Shown one piece after another: positions 59,010-64,000 of a DNA stretch of 64,000 bases (positions are counted from its first letter, which is position 1; each line of letters begins with the position of its first letter). This stretch comes from Planctomycetota bacterium. GTDB lineage: Bacteria > Planctomycetota > UBA8108 > SXIK01. The position numbers were made by a program, and so were the translations under genes. Below the pieces are notes generated by a model. It was not told where the DNA came from and made no database searches. It saw only the letters and a program-made list of their open reading frames with translations. The stretch covers positions 3,872,001-3,936,000 of the forward strand of contig OZ244999.1 in assembly GCA_965223265.1 (NCBI GenBank), read 5' to 3'.

Positions 59010-59783
59010 GTGTCGGAACCGGCGAAAGCTGCCGTTCTCGGCCTCGTCCAAGGCATCAGTGAATTCTTCCCGATCTCCTCGAGCGCGCACCTTCGCGCGC
59101 TTCGCGTCATTCTCGACTTTCAGGTCGAGGGCTTGGCATTCGACATCGCCGTGCACGTCGCAACCTTGGGGGCGGTGGTCGTCTATTTTCGACGCGAGAT
59201 TCTCTCGATCGCTCGCGGTCCGAAGGCAGTCCCTGTTGCGTTGCGCTTGGCCGCCGCTTCGATCCCGCTCTTTCTGATCGGCTACCTATTCGGCGGCCAC
59301 CGCGAGAGCCTCTCCCTCTGGGTCCTCGTCCTCTGCTGGCTCTTCTCTGGTACGTATCTGCTACTCCTCAAAGGAATCAAGGGCGATAAGAACTTCACGT
59401 CACTATCGTTGCCGCGCATAGCATTGATCGGGGTCGCGCAGTCGCTGGCTTTCTTCCCGGGGATGTCGCGCTCCGGCTCGACCATCGCGGCTGGCCTCCT
59501 CGTCGGGCTCAGCCGGGATCAGGCCGCAACCTTCTCGTTCCTTCTGGCCATCCCCGCAATTCTCGGGGCCGGCGCCTATCAAACCCTGAAATTCGTCCGC
59601 GACGATGCAGACACTGGCTCCCTCGGCTTGGCGCTCGGCATTGCCATGCCGGTGGCCTTCGTCGTCGGCCTGCTCGCCATCCACCTCCTCCTCCGCATGG
59701 TCCGCGGGAACGCGTTCTATCGCTTCGGCTACTACAATCTCGCCGCAGCCATGGCGTTCGCGAGCTATTTGGTCTGGTCCTGA
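59010..59783 (+). CDS. uppP: Undecaprenyl-diphosphate phosphatase (BacA family)
   Basis: LGLVQGISEFFPISSSAH, PGMSRSGSTI, FSFLLAIP. Confidence 0.95.
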   Translation: MSEPAKAAVLGLVQGISEFFPISSSAHLRALRVILDFQVEGLAFDIAVHVATLGAVVVYFRREILSIARGPKAVPVALRLAAASIPLFLIGYLFGGHRESLSLWVLVLCWLFSGTYLLLLKGIKGDKNFTSLSLPRIALIGVAQSLAFFPGMSRSGSTIAAGLLVGLSRDQAATFSFLLAIPAILGAGAYQTLKFVRDDADTGSLGLALGIAMPVAFVVGLLAIHLLLRMVRGNAFYRFGYYNLAAAMAFASYLVWS

Positions 59784-59869
59784 CCTAACCTAACCTCGAG
59801 TTTGGCCGTTTCGCGCCGGCCTGACCGGACGAGTGTGCCGGATTCAAAGGCCTTTCTAAATTCTTCGTT

Positions 59870-61069
59870 TTACGTGTGGTGCAACAGGCCCGACGGACGC
59901 TCATCAACGACGTGAAGAGAACGCGGCTCATCGCGCGGCGTGAGGTCAGGCGACGCCATGACACTCACGCGGCGGGACGCCACCGCGTACACGAGCGCCA
60001 CAGCGGCATAAGACGAGACAAGACTGGAGCCACCGTAACTCACGAACGGCAAGGTAAGTCCCGTGATCGGCGTCAGCCCCATAGCCATACCGATGTTCTG
60101 AAGACCTTGAGCTGCGAAGCCGACACCGACCCCTGTAGCGAGCAATCGCCCGAACGGCTCCCGTGCGTAGATCGCCACCCGAAGAATCATCACGACGAGG
60201 AGAAAGAACCCAAGAATCGACAAGGCGGCGCCAACAAATCCAAGCTCTTCGGCGATCACGCTGAAAATGAAATCCGTGTGCCGCTCGGGCAGAAAGTCGA
60301 GCCGATTCTGCGTTCCGAGGCCGTAACCTTTGCCCAGGAACCCGCCGGAACCTATAGCGATTTCGGATTGATCGAGTTGATAACCGTCGTCCTGCCGCGA
60401 CGCCTCACCGCGAAAGAGAAAAGCCGCGATCCTCTCGTATTGATACTCGCGGACGATCGGAACACCAATGCGGTAGGCAAAGTAGGCCGTCGGTAGCAGC
60501 GACGCGCCAATCACGATCGCGGCGAGTAGATACTTCCAGCGCGCACCAGCCACGAAGAGCATGCCGAGGAGGATCGGGGGAAACATGAGACTTGTACCGA
60601 GGTCGGGCTGCAAAAGCACCAGCGCCATCGGCAGCACTGTCAAACTGAACGGGATGACGAGGCCACGAAGTCGGTGCTGGTCCTCGCGGAAGCGGAGATA
60701 GCGAGCCAGAACCAGCACGAGTGCAATTTTCATAAGCTCGCTCGGCTGAATCTGGAACACACGCAGGTTGATCGAACGCAAGATCCCACCGCGGGAAAAC
60801 TTGGCGGCAAGCATCACGGCGAGGACACACATGAGGCCTACGAAAAGGACGTAGGCGTAGCGGTCCCAGAGTCGGTAGTCGAAACGCGAAATGATCACGA
60901 ACGCGCAGACGCCAACACATGCCTTGACGATTTGCGAGCGCGCATCTTGGCCGGGAAAGTCGCCCGAGTGGAGGTCGGTCGAATGGACGAACGCAACTCC
61001 CAGAACGGTCAACAACAGCGGCAACATGAGCAGCCCGAGTCTGGTGAACGGTCCAACCGTCGCCTTCAT
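59870..61069 (-). CDS. rodA: Rod shape-determining SEDS protein RodA
   Basis: QPSELMK, QPDLGT, YQ..QS.IAIGSGG..GKG, LPE.HTDFIFS...EE.G, P.TG.TLPFVSYGGSS. Confidence 0.92.
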   Translation of the reverse strand: MKATVGPFTRLGLLMLPLLLTVLGVAFVHSTDLHSGDFPGQDARSQIVKACVGVCAFVIISRFDYRLWDRYAYVLFVGLMCVLAVMLAAKFSRGGILRSINLRVFQIQPSELMKIALVLVLARYLRFREDQHRLRGLVIPFSLTVLPMALVLLQPDLGTSLMFPPILLGMLFVAGARWKYLLAAIVIGASLLPTAYFAYRIGVPIVREYQYERIAAFLFRGEASRQDDGYQLDQSEIAIGSGGFLGKGYGLGTQNRLDFLPERHTDFIFSVIAEELGFVGAALSILGFFLLVVMILRVAIYAREPFGRLLATGVGVGFAAQGLQNIGMAMGLTPITGLTLPFVSYGGSSLVSSYAAVALVYAVASRRVSVMASPDLTPRDEPRSLHVVDERPSGLLHHT

Positions 61070-63342
61070 CTCTCTGCTCCGGAAAGGAAGTACGCGTCCG
61101 GATCGACACTGGCGAAACGTTTTTTGATCATCCTGCTGACAATCGGCGCGCAGACGTCGGCTCCGTGCCCCCCCGTGCCTTCAACGACGACAACAAAAGC
61201 TATCCGCGGCGGCGCGTCGATCAATTCACCGCTAGCGGATGCCGGTGCGAATCCCGCAAGCCATGCATCGTTCGTCTCTCCAGCGCCGGGGCGTGCGGCA
61301 CGCTCGGCTGTACCGGACTTGGCTGCGACGCGAAGCCCGAGCAAACCGTGGTGCTCCTTGGCGGCAGTGCCGGGAGCTCCACGTCGATCATGAGTGACGC
61401 GCCACATCGCCCGTCGCAAGTACATCGCAGTCGACGCGTCGTTGAAAACACTCCCGCTGCGGTCAAAGCTCACGGCGCAGCCATCCGTGGAGCCGGGGTG
61501 CGGTCGCGGCGCCACGAGATGCGGCTGGATCCGCCGACCATCTGTCGCAATCGTGGCCACACTGGAGAGCACCTGTAGTGCTGTGGCGCGAACGTGAACC
61601 TGCCCGATCGAGTAGCGGCACACCTGAATGCCTTCCACGGCATCAGCAGGTTTGAGGAATCCAGACTGATCCAAGGGCACGAGGTCGATCCCCACCGGGC
61701 AGCCGTACCCAAGCCTCTCCGCCCAGGGATGAAATCGCTCCGCTGTCAGTCGCTGGAGACCAAGTTCGTAAAAATACGTGTTGCACGAAACCTTGAGCGC
61801 CGTCGACAGATCGAGACCGTCGAGACCATGGCCGGTCGTGCTGACGCAGCGCAGACCATAGGGCTCGTAGCGGTGCTCGCAGCGCAGCAGATCGGTGGGG
61901 GAGTAGCCAGTCTCGGCGGCCGACTCGAGAGCCGCCGCCGCCAGCACAAGCTTAAATACGGAGCCCGGATCCATCGCGTGTCGGCTTGGGCGGTCCAAAA
62001 ACCACCCGTCAGTCCGCCCACCCCAGCGTCGGGTCATCTCCTCGAGGTAACTAGCATACTCACGCCCGAGCATGCGATTCGGGTCAAACGAGGGCAAGCC
62101 GACGTACGCAAGCAGGGCTCCTGTACTCAGGTCCATCACGACGGCGCTTGCCGCAGCACCGCCGGACTGCCCGCGCAGCACGCTCTCAAGCTCGCGATGG
62201 AGGAATCTCTGCAGCTCGAGATCGACGGTACAGTAAAGATCGACTCCGTCCTCGGGCTCCACCTCGGCAATGACGCGAACCGTTCGGCCGACACTGTCGA
62301 CCTGCCGTACCCGCGCACCGTAACGACCACGCAGCTGGTCTTCATAGAACGCTTCGAGACCGAGAGCTCCAACAAGATCTTTCTCGCTGCGCAGGTACGG
62401 ACGCAAGGCGATGAATTCTTCGGTGTCGAAAGTGCCGTCGAACCGAGCCCGTTCGACGGTGAGCCCTTGAGCCCGCAGCTCCTCGATGAGCTCAGCTTCC
62501 GGCCGGCGTAAGTGGCCGAGAAACGAGCCACAAATTTCGCGCTCCGGATAAAAGCGCCGATCCGCATGGACGCACTTCAGACCACGAAAGTCCGTCGGGC
62601 TGTACTCAATTGCGGTCACCACATCAAGGGATACGTCGCGCAGAAGCGGTCGCCACTGCAACCGTAGCCCCGGCGCAATACGGCCGACGCTATCGACAAG
62701 CCGCTCGTAAATTTGAGTCACCGACTCGGACCCTCGCGCTGCGACGACTCTCGCCACCCGCATCAGCGCAAACTCCTCGTTGAAGAGGACCGTCGGCGAG
62801 AAGCAGAGCTCGTGCCGACGACCACCCTCTTCCATCGGACGCAGCAAAAACGCGCGCCGCACTGCTCGGCGCTGCCGCTTGAGCCGTTTTCGCAACCTCT
62901 CCGCGATGGGGCGATCGATCCGAGTCAGAAACGGTATCCATTGGGTGGGCTGACTGTGACCGCGAGCATCTGCGAATTGACTGTTCGTGATCGGGTCGAT
63001 TTCGGCCAGCTGTCGCATTCGCGCTTCAAGAGTCTGGCGATCGAAGCCGATGTCGCCCCGGAAAACCCTGAACAAGCTGTCCAGCAAGCGCTCTCTCGGA
63101 CTCAAGTCACGGTGGAAAACGTGCAATTCAAACGTCGGTTGGTTGACCGACAGCACGTGACCGTCTTGGGAAAGGATGCGCCCCCGACGTGGGGCCGGGT
63201 AACTGATGGCGAGGTGTTGCGAGCGGCGGAGAAACTCCGCGTGGCGTTCACCGTCGAGCTGAAGCGCCGCGAGCCGCACAGTCAACACTGCGTAGAGCGC
63301 GCCCAGTATCACGATCAACGTTGCGATGCGCCTTCGAACCAT
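61066..63342 (-). CDS. mrdA: Penicillin-binding protein 2 (class B)
   Basis: TM then RG.I..G; R.YP; GLE..Y...L.G..G; SVFK, SCN and KSG catalytic motifs; lies between mreD and rodA. Confidence 0.88.
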   Translation of the reverse strand: MVRRRIATLIVILGALYAVLTVRLAALQLDGERHAEFLRRSQHLAISYPAPRRGRILSQDGHVLSVNQPTFELHVFHRDLSPRERLLDSLFRVFRGDIGFDRQTLEARMRQLAEIDPITNSQFADARGHSQPTQWIPFLTRIDRPIAERLRKRLKRQRRAVRRAFLLRPMEEGGRRHELCFSPTVLFNEEFALMRVARVVAARGSESVTQIYERLVDSVGRIAPGLRLQWRPLLRDVSLDVVTAIEYSPTDFRGLKCVHADRRFYPEREICGSFLGHLRRPEAELIEELRAQGLTVERARFDGTFDTEEFIALRPYLRSEKDLVGALGLEAFYEDQLRGRYGARVRQVDSVGRTVRVIAEVEPEDGVDLYCTVDLELQRFLHRELESVLRGQSGGAAASAVVMDLSTGALLAYVGLPSFDPNRMLGREYASYLEEMTRRWGGRTDGWFLDRPSRHAMDPGSVFKLVLAAAALESAAETGYSPTDLLRCEHRYEPYGLRCVSTTGHGLDGLDLSTALKVSCNTYFYELGLQRLTAERFHPWAERLGYGCPVGIDLVPLDQSGFLKPADAVEGIQVCRYSIGQVHVRATALQVLSSVATIATDGRRIQPHLVAPRPHPGSTDGCAVSFDRSGSVFNDASTAMYLRRAMWRVTHDRRGAPGTAAKEHHGLLGLRVAAKSGTAERAARPGAGETNDAWLAGFAPASASGELIDAPPRIAFVVVVEGTGGHGADVCAPIVSRMIKKRFASVDPDAYFLSGAER

Positions 63343-63436
63343 GATTCGATTCCTGGCGAACCTCTGAACCTAGATAGGCGTCAAGACAAGGACCCGCCAA
63401 ATTCAAACGGTCAACCCTCTACGACTCACCTCGAGG

Positions 63437-63943
63437 TCAACCTCCCGATTGCAGAAAGGCAACGCGCGGCGTGGCAATTGACGCCCCGAGCGGCCTCAGA
63501 AGCTCGACGACGACAACGCTCATTGACACGTCGTAGACGGCTCGCGCCAGGACCACGCCCCACGCCGGAAGCAGGGAATCACCCGCCAAGACAAACAACA
63601 TACAGTGCGTGATCGCGTTGGCGTAAAGTGCCGAGAAAGCGACTGCTGAACTGCGTGTGAGAAAGTCTCCACCAAGGCGCCAGGCACGAATGCGCAGCAA
63701 AGCGAGCGCAGCAAGCACGTAGGCGATTGAATGCGTGCCCGCCGCATCGAGGGAAAAAAGCTCCACGACAAGCCCTGCCAGCGCCGCCGAGATCAAAACC
63801 CGCGCGGGAGGAGCAAATAGTGCGATGAAACAGAGTACTGCGAGGACGAAATCGGGGGCGATGCCGGCAAACGAGTACACGGGTAACGTCACCGCTTGAT
63901 ACACAAATGCGACAGAAAGGAGGACGAGCAACGTGCGATTCAC
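63437..63943 (-). CDS. mreD: Rod shape-determining protein MreD
   Basis: Hydrophobic, PDF.L...; GL..E..S...G pattern; position upstream of mrdA. Confidence 0.75.
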   Translation of the reverse strand: MNRTLLVLLSVAFVYQAVTLPVYSFAGIAPDFVLAVLCFIALFAPPARVLISAALAGLVVELFSLDAAGTHSIAYVLAALALLRIRAWRLGGDFLTRSSAVAFSALYANAITHCMLFVLAGDSLLPAWGVVLARAVYDVSMSVVVVELLRPLGASIATPRVAFLQSGG

Positions 63944-64000
63944 CAGATCACGACGACCTTCTGGTCGACACCTCCAGGTACGTGGGGTCCATAAGGTCGG
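63940..64000 (-). CDS. mreC: Probable 3' end of MreC (partial)
   Basis: Open frame ...RPYGPHVPGGVDQKVVVIW* whose TGA overlaps the mreD GTG; identity rests on gene order only. Confidence 0.45.
   Translation of the reverse strand, partial: RPYGPHVPGGVDQKVVVIW

Overview
GC-rich bacterial chromosomal segment with about 45 CDSs and one tRNA-Ala(CGC). It is probably from a Planctomycetota-type organism. This is inferred from the gene repertoire: 'RGDxNxDG' dockerin-like proteins, Tat-exported Gfo/Idh/MocA oxidoreductases, ASPIC/UnbV, an ECF/anti-sigma/DUF3106-like trio, HEAT-VWA and Ser/Thr kinases. Most of the window is housekeeping or envelope genes: rsmG, a ClpX-like ATPase, lpxD, PPi-PFK, gmd, uppP and mreC'-mreD-mrdA-rodA. 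Four things stand out. (1) A MamK/Mad28-type actin sits directly downstream of a large acidic coiled-coil protein, with no other magnetosome genes in the window. (2) The ORF track misses a selenoprotein: a lipoprotein thioredoxin with a W-U-G-A-C motif and a SECIS-like hairpin at 32307-32717 (minus strand). (3) A non-coding module at 48.2-50.9 kb has two sigma54 promoters that precede no ORF, two terminator-ended structured RNA candidates and mutually complementary blocks. It lies beside a 1776-aa kinase-TPR-sigma54 activator. (4) A dense cluster of palindromic/MITE-like elements lies at 19.9-21.0 kb. All family assignments come from motif recognition by eye; no searches were run.
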